In this document: positions 1 to 8,519 of the stretch, piece after piece
Position numbering within the stretch: position 1 is the first letter of the stretch
How the letters are laid out: every line of letters starts with the position of its first letter
DNA from: Candidatus Acidiferrales bacterium
GTDB lineage: Bacteria; Desulfobacterota; Binatia; UBA9968
NCBI GenBank assembly: GCA_035559995.1
Contig: DATMAM010000009.1
Coordinates: 3,855 to 67,854 of the forward strand
DNA length: 64,000 nucleotides
Direction of reading: 5' to 3'
Position numbers and translations under genes: made by a program
Notes under the pieces: model-generated
What the model was told of the DNA's origin: nothing
What the model saw: the letters and a program-made list of their open reading frames with translations, nothing else
Databases searched by the model: none

Positions 1-2
1 GC

Positions 3-320
3 ATGCAAGTCGTCCTCCAGGGAGGCGAGACGAACCGGCATGCGCACACGGGTCAGGACGCGGCCTGGCTCGTCCTGGAAGGGCGCGCCCGCTTCTATGG
101 AAAGACCGACGACGAGGTGTTTGAGCTTGAGCCGATGGAAGGTATTTTTATCCCCGACGGCCAGGACTACTGGTTCGAGTCCGCCTCGGATAAGCCGTTA
201 AAGATTCTCCGCATGTCCGCGCGCGACCCGCGTGGCGAAAGCAAGCGCCTCAACTACGAGGATTTGAAAAGCTGGCAGACCCATCTCGGCGGCGAGCGGG
301 TAACGCACAAGCAAGCCTAA
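3..320 (+). CDS. Cupin-domain small protein (possibly 5'-partial at window edge)
   Basis: 105-aa ORF with cupin-like composition (FYG...FIPDGQDYWFES); starts 2 nt from the window edge, so the true start may lie upstream. Confidence 0.5.
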   Translation: MQVVLQGGETNRHAHTGQDAAWLVLEGRARFYGKTDDEVFELEPMEGIFIPDGQDYWFESASDKPLKILRMSARDPRGESKRLNYEDLKSWQTHLGGERVTHKQA

Positions 321-332
321 AAGCGCAAAAGC

Positions 333-356
333 GGGCGCGCCGAGTTCGGCGCGCCC
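333..356 (+). terminator. Perfect 10-bp GC stem (GGGCGCGCCG-agtt-CGGCGCGCCC) 13 nt after the cupin stop; terminator-like hairpin without a clear U-tract
   Basis: Inverted repeat read directly from the sequence; no downstream T-run. Confidence 0.35.
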
Positions 357-527
357 CGCCGGTCGTTCCTCAGGATTCCCGTTTTACCTCCCGATAAGCC
401 TGCTCAAAGACGGCGAGGTCCTGAGGGCTCGCGCGCCAACCTTTCCGCCGCGTGCCCTTGACCTGGCCGACCCCTTTCCGCTACGAGAAGAGCGAGCGGG
501 GCACCGACGTCATTAAGGAGAAAGCGT

Positions 528-1118
528 ATGCCTAGAATTCAGGGCGTTACCAGGGAAAACGCGCCGGAGGAGGCGCGGGCGGTATTCGAAAAGCAGGAAA
601 AGCGCTACGGCGCGATTCTTAACACCGCGCCCATCTATGCGCTCAGGCCGACTATCATGAAGGGAGTGCAGGCGCTGGCGGAAGGCATCGAGCTTTCCGG
701 GCTGATCGCACCCGACCTCAGACACCTCGTTTGCATGAAAGTCGCCGCCATCAACGGCTGCCCGTACTGAATCGACATTAACGCGTCCAGTGGGATGCAA
801 AACGGCGCCTCGCCGGAGAAAGTCAGCGCCGCGCTCGGCGACTACCGAAAGAGCCCCCATCTTTCGCTGCGCGAGCGCCTGGCGCTCGAGCTGGCGGAGC
901 GGATGACCTACACCAACAAGAGAGTCACCGACCGGTTCTTCAATCGGCTCAAACGCTCTTTCAGCGATGAGGAGCTGGTCGAGCTGGCGGCGATCATCGC
1001 GCTGGAGAATTTCCGCAGCAAATTCAACCCGGTGTTTGCCGTGGAGTCGCAAAACTTTTGCCCGCTGCCGGTCGTTCGGGAGGCGGCCGCGGCCGCCACG
1101 GCGCGGCTACGACAATGA
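528..1118 (+). CDS. AhpD/carboxymuconolactone-decarboxylase-family protein with a single in-frame TGA (768-770) at the second Cys of the CxxC motif (AAINGCPY-TGA-IDIN); candidate selenoprotein (CxxU), alternatively a nonsense pseudogene
   Basis: Track ORFs 528..770 and 795..1118 are in the same frame (both = 0 mod 3) and separated only by the TGA. The LVCMKVAAINGCPY[C]xDxx motif is typical of the AhpD family. A strong RBS (AAGGAGAAAGCGTATG) sits at the 5' end and none precedes ATG 795. Confidence 0.55.
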
Positions 1119-1126
1119 GGCCGACG

Positions 1127-1855
1127 ATGAGCGCCCCGACTTACCTGCTACGGACGATGTCCGATACGGTCGAAACCGACATCGAGCGCGTGCACGTCAT
1201 CGCCAACGAGGTATTGGCCCGCTATGGCAAGGAGCCGCTCTCCTGGGAGGCGCTGAGAAAGATCGCCGACGGGCCGTTCGATCTGTTTTTGATCCCGCTC
1301 GTATTCCAGGACGAGTTTGCGGCCGACCGCAATGTGATCTTCAACGAGGCGCGGCGGCAGGAGATCAGAGATCACGCGCTCGCAATTGCGCGCCGGCGCG
1401 GCTTTGACGTCCAGCCGCCGGAGCTGATCCCCGGGGTCGAGCAATCCCTGCGGGCGGCGCAAGAAGCCGGCTTGATCAACGTTCTTTTGACGACCGGGGG
1501 GCGGCGATTTCGGCACCGCGCGATGGAAAAACACGGGATCGGCAAGTACTTCCAGGAGACGATCGATCGCGAGCAAACCTATTTTACGAAGGAGCAAGGG
1601 ATCTACTACCTTTTTCGCAAGCTCAGCTTGCCCAAGCTTCAGGTTGTGCTCCTTTCGGGGACCGCCTCCTACATCAAGGCCGGAAACAATCTTCAGTCGT
1701 GCAGGGTGGCCGGGAGCGAGCTTGCGGTAAGGACGGTCGCGCTCGCCACTGGTTACTCTTACAGCGACGAGGCGACGCTGGCCGCGGCGCGGCCGCACCG
1801 TCTGATTCACAGCCTCGAAGAGCTCGACCCGCGACTGATCGACGCGATGTTCTAG
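1127..1855 (+). CDS. HAD-like hydrolase-fold protein with degenerate motifs (no canonical DxD motif I)
   Basis: C-terminal half matches the HAD phosphatase pattern (PGVEQSL...LINVLLTTGG...KYFQETIDRE...VVLLSGTASYI). Start chosen at the first ATG after the upstream stop; the antisense ORF 1148..2155 is rejected as Arg-rich. Confidence 0.4.
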   Translation: MSAPTYLLRTMSDTVETDIERVHVIANEVLARYGKEPLSWEALRKIADGPFDLFLIPLVFQDEFAADRNVIFNEARRQEIRDHALAIARRRGFDVQPPELIPGVEQSLRAAQEAGLINVLLTTGGRRFRHRAMEKHGIGKYFQETIDREQTYFTKEQGIYYLFRKLSLPKLQVVLLSGTASYIKAGNNLQSCRVAGSELAVRTVALATGYSYSDEATLAAARPHRLIHSLEELDPRLIDAMF

Positions 1856-1948
1856 AGCCGGATCGCCGCGCGCGGTTACGGTCCTTGATCTGGGGCCGCA
1901 AGCAAAGGTAGATTGTGGCCCACCAACCGCATGAAGGAGGTGTCGCCC

Positions 1949-2422
1949 ATGCCAAAGGTCAAAGGTCTGAGCCACGTGGTCCTCTACTGTAACGATCTCG
2001 ACAAGATGGTCGCCTTCTACCGGGACGTTCTCGGGCTCGTACAGTATCACGAGCATCCGGGGCGCATGGTGTTTCTCACGCCCGATCCCGCGGTCGATGA
2101 TCATCAGCTTGCTCTGGCCAAAGGGCGGCAGGGCGACGCCAAGATTATCGGGCACATCGCCTGGCGCGTGGACACGCCGGCCGAGGTCAAAGAGTTCTAC
2201 GAGCGGTTCAAGGAGTTAGGCGTGCCGATCGACCACTGCGTGAGCCACGCTTACGTCGAGATGGGAAACACGGTCTCGTGCTATTTTCTCGATCCCGAGG
2301 GCAACCGCCTCGAGATTTATGCGCTCGTGCCGGAGCGCGATGAGGCGCGCACGAATAGACCGCTCGATCTCGACCAAAGCCTCGACGAGATCATCGCCCA
2401 GGCAAGCGGCCTTCGCCACTGA
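1949..2422 (+). CDS. VOC-family protein (glyoxalase/bleomycin-resistance/extradiol-dioxygenase fold)
   Basis: MPKVKGLSHVVLYCNDLDKMVAFYRDVLGL... is typical of the VOC family. RBS AAGGAGG lies 9 nt upstream of ATG 1949. Confidence 0.7.
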   Translation: MPKVKGLSHVVLYCNDLDKMVAFYRDVLGLVQYHEHPGRMVFLTPDPAVDDHQLALAKGRQGDAKIIGHIAWRVDTPAEVKEFYERFKELGVPIDHCVSHAYVEMGNTVSCYFLDPEGNRLEIYALVPERDEARTNRPLDLDQSLDEIIAQASGLRH

Positions 2423-2557
2423 CGGGCTTTCGGCGGAGCGAGCCCGCCCGAAACCGCCGCCGGCTGGAAGCGGCGGATCGCCCCAAACCGCACGGCCGCG
2501 CGCCGGCTGCGAGCGCCCCTGCGGTTTTCGGGATCCAACCACCAGAGCCGACATCCA

Positions 2558-3346
2558 TTGAGAGCCAACTCCGTTCTCATCGTCGCGTGCGTGATGGCAA
2601 GCTTCTGGGCCTGGCAGCAGGATCCGCAGTTCGCCGAGCGCAATCTTCTTTTCAGCTTCAACAATCTCGCCCAGGGCCGCTACTGGACCCTTGCGGCCGC
2701 GCTCTTCATCCACGGAAGCCTGTTTCATTTGATCGGAAACATGATCTTTCTTTTCGTTTTCGGCGGCACACTCCAGAGCACCATCGGCGCCGCGAGATAC
2801 CTCGTTGTGTTTTTCACCGGCGGGGTGAGCGCGTTTGTCCTGAGCGGGCTCGTCATGCCGCCGAGCGCGGGCATGGTGGGAGCCTCGGCGGCGATTTTCG
2901 CCGTGGCCGCATGCGTCATGCTGGTGCGGCCGCTCAAATTCTCCTGGCTCTTTCTTCTGCCCCAGGGACTCGTCGCGATCCTCTACTTTCTCTATAACGT
3001 GATCGTGGTCTACGATCCGACGTGGATCCCCGGCTACGACCCGCAGGTCGGCTACATCCCACACATCATCGGCTTTGCCACGGGTGTCCCGTTCGGGATC
3101 GCCTGGAGCGAAAGCTGGAAGAAAAACTTGCTCATCACGCTGGTCCTGCTGGCCGCCTATGTGGTGATCGTTACGCTCGCGGCCGATTTTGTCGCGCGCT
3201 ACGCCAAGAGCGTCGCGGCGCGCTCTCTGCCTTCAGACGCGGGGCGCATCGCCGTGCGCTCGCCCGGCTGGACCGGGAAGGCGTTTAGCGCTCGCGCGCA
3301 AGCCTGGGATCCATGGCGTCGCGCAGCGCGTCGCCCAGGAGATTGA
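2558..3346 (+). CDS. Rhomboid-family intramembrane serine protease
   Basis: Rhomboid motifs HLIGNM (TM2), GASAAIF (Gly-x-Ser active-site region) and IPHIIGFATG (catalytic His helix). TTG start in track; the true start may be GTG/ATG 11-12 codons in. The Arg-rich C-tail overlapping the convergent permease may be over-extension. Confidence 0.6.
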   Translation: MRANSVLIVACVMASFWAWQQDPQFAERNLLFSFNNLAQGRYWTLAAALFIHGSLFHLIGNMIFLFVFGGTLQSTIGAARYLVVFFTGGVSAFVLSGLVMPPSAGMVGASAAIFAVAACVMLVRPLKFSWLFLLPQGLVAILYFLYNVIVVYDPTWIPGYDPQVGYIPHIIGFATGVPFGIAWSESWKKNLLITLVLLAAYVVIVTLAADFVARYAKSVAARSLPSDAGRIAVRSPGWTGKAFSARAQAWDPWRRAARRPGD

Positions 3347-4190
3347 AACTCATCAGCGCGAGAAAGATAAACATGCCCGGCAGGAAGACCTGAAGCGGGG
3401 CGATGAAAATGTTGGTCGAAGCGTTGGTGAGAAGATTGCCCCAGCTCGGCGTGGGCGGCTGGATGCCGAGGCCCAAAAAGCTCAGCGTCGTTTCCGCGCG
3501 AATGGCGGCGCCCGCGTCCAGCGTTGCAGCCACGATGAGCGGCGCAAGCGAGTTGGGAAGCAGATGCCGCAGCATGATGCGCCAGCGCGACGCGCCCAAG
3601 CACTGCGCGGCCAAAACGAATTCCTGCTCGCGATAGGAGAGCACCGCGCCGCGCGCAAGCCGGGCCGCGGACGTCCATTCGAGCGCGACCAGAATCACGA
3701 TGATGTTGAGCAGGCCGGGGCCTGCGACCTTCGACAAGACGAGCAGGAGCACGATCCGGGGAATCGTGTTGATGACATCGACCAGCCGCATGAGAACGTT
3801 GTCCAGAAATCCCCCCACATAACCCGCGACAATCCCGATAAGGCCGCCGATGATCACCGTCGTGATGCCAACGGTGAGACCCACCGCCAGCGACACGCGG
3901 CCGCCGTGCATGATTCTCACCCAGGTATCGCGCCCCAGCTCGTCGGTGCCGAACCAGTGACGCGCGGAGGGGCCGTGCATGCGCTCGCCGAGCGACACCT
4001 GGTCGAGCTGGTACGGCACCAGATGGGGCCCGATCATCACGAGCAGGAGCAAAGCGAGAAAGAACACCAGGCCGACGTACGCGACCCTGTGCTGGCGAAA
4101 GCGGCGCCAGACGACGCGCCAGTATCCTTTGCTGGCGGGAACGGCAACCGGCTTAATTTTGGTAGCGTATGCGGGGGTCGAGCCAGCCAT
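3285..4190 (-). CDS. ABC transporter permease, DppC/OppC family
   Basis: Six-TM BPD_transp_1 permease with EAA-like loop (VLSYREQEFVLAAQCLGASRWRI); N-terminal OppC-type extension. Confidence 0.85.
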   Translation of the reverse strand: MAGSTPAYATKIKPVAVPASKGYWRVVWRRFRQHRVAYVGLVFFLALLLLVMIGPHLVPYQLDQVSLGERMHGPSARHWFGTDELGRDTWVRIMHGGRVSLAVGLTVGITTVIIGGLIGIVAGYVGGFLDNVLMRLVDVINTIPRIVLLLVLSKVAGPGLLNIIVILVALEWTSAARLARGAVLSYREQEFVLAAQCLGASRWRIMLRHLLPNSLAPLIVAATLDAGAAIRAETTLSFLGLGIQPPTPSWGNLLTNASTNIFIAPLQVFLPGMFIFLALMSFNLLGDALRDAMDPRLARER

Positions 4191-5124
4191 AGAGAATGTC
4201 CGCGAGCAAGTTAAAGAAGATCACCATAAACGCGATGATCATCACCACCGTCATCGCGACCACGAAGTCGTTTCCCATGATCGAGGTGTAGAGCAGCCGC
4301 CCCATTCCCGGATAGCCGAAGACGGTCTCCACGACCGTCGAGCCGCCGATGACGCGCGGCATGGAGATCGCGATGATGGTCACGACCGGAATGAGAGCGT
4401 TTTTCAAGGCGTGCCGTCCGATAACCGCGCGCTCGTTCAGACCCTTGGCGCGGGCCGTCGTGAGATAATCCTGCCGCAGCACTTCGAGCAGGCTCGAGCG
4501 CATGTAACGCTGCACCTGAATGATCTCGGAGATCGAAAGCACGATCACCGGCAGGATCATGTGCTTGATCTGATCCACGAAAGCTTCCCAGGTGCCGGGG
4601 ACCACGTCGGGACTGATCATCCCCGAGGTTGGCAGCCACCCGAGCTTTACGGCGAACACGATGATCATCATCAACGCCAGCCAAAAAGCCGGAATCGAAT
4701 AGCCGACGAACGTAAAGACCGTGAGGATATAGTCCCAAATCGAGTACTGCCTCACCGCGGAAACAATGCCAAAGAGGATGGCGAGAACTTTTCCGATGAC
4801 AACGGCGGTGATCGTGAGGACCAGCGTGTTTTTCAGAGTCGGCGCGATCACGTCCAGTACCGGCTGGCCGAACTCGCGCGAGTAACCCGGATTCAGCTGG
4901 AGCATCTGCCAGAGCCATTTCCAGTACTGGACGTAAAAGGGATCGTCAAGGCCATAGAGCTTCCGCAAACGCTGGTAATCTTCGGCGCGAACGTGCGGCA
5001 CGTCCTGCAGCATGCTGTAAAGCGGGTCCCCCGGCATGAGATAGAGCAGCAGATAGATCAGGACGGAAATGAAAAACAAAAGCGGCACCATCTGCAGGAA
5101 GCGCCGGATAACGTAGTGGAGCAA
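4153..5124 (-). CDS. ABC transporter permease, DppB/OppB family
   Basis: MLHYVIRRFLQMVPLLFFISVLIYLL... is a canonical DppB/OppB N-terminus; EAA motif (TARAKGLNERAVIGRHALKNA). Confidence 0.85.
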   Translation of the reverse strand: MLHYVIRRFLQMVPLLFFISVLIYLLLYLMPGDPLYSMLQDVPHVRAEDYQRLRKLYGLDDPFYVQYWKWLWQMLQLNPGYSREFGQPVLDVIAPTLKNTLVLTITAVVIGKVLAILFGIVSAVRQYSIWDYILTVFTFVGYSIPAFWLALMMIIVFAVKLGWLPTSGMISPDVVPGTWEAFVDQIKHMILPVIVLSISEIIQVQRYMRSSLLEVLRQDYLTTARAKGLNERAVIGRHALKNALIPVVTIIAISMPRVIGGSTVVETVFGYPGMGRLLYTSIMGNDFVVAMTVVMIIAFMVIFFNLLADILYGWLDPRIRYQN

Positions 5125-5227
5125 GGCTGACCTCGTGAAAACTAGGCGTTCCAGGCTCTGGGCACGCGGGCCACGGTTTGGTCGGCGCGTTCGACCGGCG
5201 GCGCGCTTGCCATGAATTTCCCCCGAC

Positions 5228-5250
5228 GAAAAGGAGCCGAAACCCTTTTC
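5228..5250. other. Intercistronic hairpin (GAAAAGG-agccgaaac-CCTTTTC) between the SBP and permease genes
   Basis: 7-bp inverted repeat in the 138-bp gap between SBP stop (5263) and permease start (5124); commonly a stabiliser or partial terminator after SBP genes. Confidence 0.3.
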
Positions 5251-5262
5251 ACCCCTGCCCGG

Positions 5263-6972
5263 TCAAACTTTTTCCCACACGTGCATGTTCCAGTTGTTCA
5301 TGTTGTTGCCGCCGCTTTCGATGCGCGGTGTGATTCCCTTCAGGCCCTTTTTGATCGCGAGAATCTCCGGGCTGTAATACATCGGCAGGTGCGGCAGGTC
5401 GCGCGTGTAAAGCTTGACGAACTCGACCTGAAGCTGGATCGACCGCTGCTCGGAGATGATGGTGTTGAGCTCGTCCATGATCCTATCCGCCTCAGGATTC
5501 TTCCAGTGAGTCACCGACTCCGTCGAATAGCGGTTCTCCTCGGTCGGGGTTCCCGCGCTGTGATAGCGCTCCGCCCACTCTTCCACCACGAGATTGTGCC
5601 CCCCGACCATCGCGCCCGGCCAGCGGTTACGGTATTCCTCGGCGTTCAGCAGCCGGCCCGGCATGTTCTTCACAAAGCACTGCACTCCGATCTTCTTCCA
5701 ATAGTCCATCACGATCGCCTGCATCTGCTCGTCCTCGCGCCGGCCGGCTTCCGCCCGGAACTCGAACTCCATGCGCTCGCCCTTGTCGTTGACCAAAACG
5801 CCGTCCGGGCCGGGCTTCCAGCCGGCCTCGGCCAAAAGCTGCTTTGCCTTTTCCGGGTTGTACTCGTACTTGATCGCGACCGCGTCGGCCTTCTTGAACG
5901 CTTTGCGGAAAGGAGACATCGGAAAATGGATCACAGACACGTAACCCTTGAAGACGTTTTTCACCAGCGCCTCGCGATCGATCGCGTGGAGCAGCGCGCG
6001 GCGCACGCGCACGTCCTTGAACATGGGATTGGTGCCGCTCAAATTGACCCAGTTGTGGCTCACCGGCCTCATGCTCACCTGCCCGAGCCCCTTCGGCTCC
6101 CACTGCTCCTTCAGAATGACCGCGCCGTCAAACGCGATCGTGTTGCGCAGCGCCAGGTCGACTTCGCCCGCGAGCACGGCCGAAAGCGACGTGTTGTTGT
6201 CTTCGATGACGCGGGCGGTCACGCGCGCGATCTTCGGCTTGCCGAAGACATAGTACGGGTTTGCCTCCAGTTCGAGCTGCGTGCCCCCGCCGTAATCCAG
6301 CAGCCGATACGGTCCGGTGCCGACGAACTTCTGGTTCCAATAGGGGTGCTTCGTCAACCCTTTGATATCGCCCGATCTGAACGCGTCCTCGAGGATGTGG
6401 CGCGGCCAGGCGCGTAGCTGCTGCTTTTGAATCGCGTACGCCTCGTTGTAGAGGCTCTTCCAGTGAATCACGATCGTGCGGTCGTCGGGCGTTTCGATCT
6501 TCTCAATCAGATCCGGCACCAGCCGATCGCGCAGCGGGAACTCCGGGTGATGATGGACTTCCCAGCCGAACTTGAAGTCCTGAGCGGTAAAAGGCTTGCC
6601 GTCGCTCCATCTCAGTCCCCGCCGCAGCCGGTACACGGTGATCATCGTTTTGCTCTTCTGGTCGATTTTCCATGTCCCTTTTTTGACCGAAGGCAGCTCC
6701 TCCGCCAGCCAGGGAAAACGCTCCAGGGTCACGGGATTTTGCCCGGCAAGCCCGGCGTCGACCAGTCCGGTTTGCTCCGTATCCGACCGGCCGTGATTGC
6801 CGAACCCCGCCGTACGGCGCTGAAAAACGATCACGATCCGTTGTTGCTGCACCTGAGCCGCCGGCGCCTTTCCCGCCAGCCAAGGCGAAAGCGCCGCTCC
6901 GGCCGCGGCGGTTCCGGCGAGCTGGACGAACGTTCTGCGGGTCATTCCGCGTTTCGCAAGCGAATCGCTCAT
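5263..6972 (-). CDS. ABC transporter substrate-binding protein, family 5 (DppA/OppA-like), Tat signal
   Basis: SBP_bac_5 architecture. Twin-arginine leader MTRRTFVQLAGTAAAGAAL. Start placed at ATG 6972 (MSDSL...), preceded by GGAGGG at 5-nt spacing. Confidence 0.8.
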   Translation of the reverse strand: MSDSLAKRGMTRRTFVQLAGTAAAGAALSPWLAGKAPAAQVQQQRIVIVFQRRTAGFGNHGRSDTEQTGLVDAGLAGQNPVTLERFPWLAEELPSVKKGTWKIDQKSKTMITVYRLRRGLRWSDGKPFTAQDFKFGWEVHHHPEFPLRDRLVPDLIEKIETPDDRTIVIHWKSLYNEAYAIQKQQLRAWPRHILEDAFRSGDIKGLTKHPYWNQKFVGTGPYRLLDYGGGTQLELEANPYYVFGKPKIARVTARVIEDNNTSLSAVLAGEVDLALRNTIAFDGAVILKEQWEPKGLGQVSMRPVSHNWVNLSGTNPMFKDVRVRRALLHAIDREALVKNVFKGYVSVIHFPMSPFRKAFKKADAVAIKYEYNPEKAKQLLAEAGWKPGPDGVLVNDKGERMEFEFRAEAGRREDEQMQAIVMDYWKKIGVQCFVKNMPGRLLNAEEYRNRWPGAMVGGHNLVVEEWAERYHSAGTPTEENRYSTESVTHWKNPEADRIMDELNTIISEQRSIQLQVEFVKLYTRDLPHLPMYYSPEILAIKKGLKGITPRIESGGNNMNNWNMHVWEKV

Positions 6973-7150
6973 GGTTCCCTCCAATGGCTTGACCGCAAGT
7001 TCAGCCGCGACATTCGCGCGTTCCCGATCGGTGCGTGTCGTTTTTTTCCTTATCTTTGGCGGCAGGCGTTTGCAAGCGCCACCCGGAGGCGGGCGCCCGC
7101 GGACAACGCCGCCGTGGCGGCGAGCGAAGTGGCCGAGGATCTAAGCGCCG

Positions 7151-8494
7151 CTAGGCGCCTTTTTGACCCGCCGGTCCCGTGTATTCGAGAATATCAAGAC
7201 CGTTCAAGCGGTCGATGAGGTAAATGATCCCCTGGTCGTCGACGAAAACATCGTTCGACTGAACCGTCTTTTGCCCTTTGCCCGGAGTCGGGATGAAGTA
7301 ACCCGTCTCTTTTGGCTTGACGGGATCGGCGATGTCGACGATCCGAAGGCCGCCGCGAAACCATGTGACGTGGACCAGGCTGTCCTTCATTCTCTCGTTG
7401 CACTGGTGCGCGCCGAACCGGGCGCTCGGGCCCAGCTCGCCCGCCTTCCACGGCGTGTCGTCTTCGGACACAAAGTAGGCGGAAAGCGGCTTGATGTTTT
7501 CGATGTCGGTCGCGTCGAAGATCCACATGAACGCCGGGACCTGGCCGCGGCGCGGCCGCGGCGGCTGCTCGTCCACGGCAACGACGATGTCCTTGCCGCC
7601 GTACCGGTACGGGGCCGGCACGACGGTGTGCGTCTTAAAAAACGGCGGGTGATAGTTGTACTGGCCGATAAGCCTGGGCTTCTCGATCTCGCTGATGTCG
7701 AGAATGATGATTCCCGCCATGCAGTAACTGACATAGAGACGATCGCCGAATCTCAAAGGGTGATGGCACTCGTAGCGCTCGTATCCCCAGGTCGGCTCTT
7801 CACCGCCCGCGATCCACTGCCCCGGCAGCCACCAGCGCGACACTTCCTCCGGCCGGCTCGGATCGGTAAGATCGACGATCATCACGATATAGCCGTTGTA
7901 GCCCTCCATCCGCGTCGAGAGATAAGCGTAGCGGCCGTCGAAATCGAACCGGTGCACGCCGTTGCCGCCGGTCTTAAAGAACGCGATCTCGCGCGGCCTC
8001 GACGGCTCCGAGACGTTGAAGATCCTGATGCCGCCGCCCTGATAGCCGCGGGCCGCCGCTTCGATGAGAGAGTTGAGATCGCCGACCGTGTAGCCGAGCG
8101 CGTCGGCGAGCTCGGCTTCGCTCGGCGGCCGCCCGAGCTCCTTTTCGAGACGCGCGCGCTCCGCGGGGATGCGGCTGCCGCCGATTTGCTGGTGACGGGT
8201 GTAGTTTTCGTTGTTGACCACCATGATATCGCCGGCCACGCGGACCTTGTGGGAGTGCGTCTCGGGGGGAACTTCCAGCATCGACAACAGCCTCGGCCGG
8301 GAGAGATCCGAGACGTCGATGATCGAGGTCCCGTTAGGCGGATCGATGTGGCCGACGTAGGCCGTTTTGCCTTGCACCACGACCTGGCCGCCGCCGGGAA
8401 TGTCCAGGCGGCCGATGCGCCTCACGTGGTGGGCGACGGCCCCGTTGCTTTCGTGATTCATTCCAAACGCTCCTTGCGCGCCCTCGATCGGCAC
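7151..8494 (-). CDS. LVIVD-repeat beta-propeller protein
   Basis: At least five repeats of the LVIVD motif (IIDVSDLSRPRL, IRIFNVSEPSRPRE, MIVDLTDPSRPEE, IIILDISEIEKPRL, LRIVDIADPVKPKE). No signal peptide recognised. Confidence 0.7.
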   Translation of the reverse strand: MPIEGAQGAFGMNHESNGAVAHHVRRIGRLDIPGGGQVVVQGKTAYVGHIDPPNGTSIIDVSDLSRPRLLSMLEVPPETHSHKVRVAGDIMVVNNENYTRHQQIGGSRIPAERARLEKELGRPPSEAELADALGYTVGDLNSLIEAAARGYQGGGIRIFNVSEPSRPREIAFFKTGGNGVHRFDFDGRYAYLSTRMEGYNGYIVMIVDLTDPSRPEEVSRWWLPGQWIAGGEEPTWGYERYECHHPLRFGDRLYVSYCMAGIIILDISEIEKPRLIGQYNYHPPFFKTHTVVPAPYRYGGKDIVVAVDEQPPRPRRGQVPAFMWIFDATDIENIKPLSAYFVSEDDTPWKAGELGPSARFGAHQCNERMKDSLVHVTWFRGGLRIVDIADPVKPKETGYFIPTPGKGQKTVQSNDVFVDDQGIIYLIDRLNGLDILEYTGPAGQKGA

Positions 8495-8519
8495 AAGCGC
8501 AAGCCGGAGATTGCTCCGG

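Noticed and set aside
1148-2155. 335-aa minus-strand ORF antisense to the HAD-like and VOC genes
   Set aside because: Arg/Gly/Pro-rich low-complexity translation typical of antisense frames in about 68% GC DNA; the sense-strand genes have family motifs and RBSs.
7144-7164. GCGCC-tagc-GGCGC hairpin plus TTTTT overlapping the LVIVD stop codon
   Set aside because: The T-run is on the plus strand, inside the minus-strand CDS and with no plus-strand gene upstream; on the relevant minus strand it is preceded rather than followed by the homopolymer.
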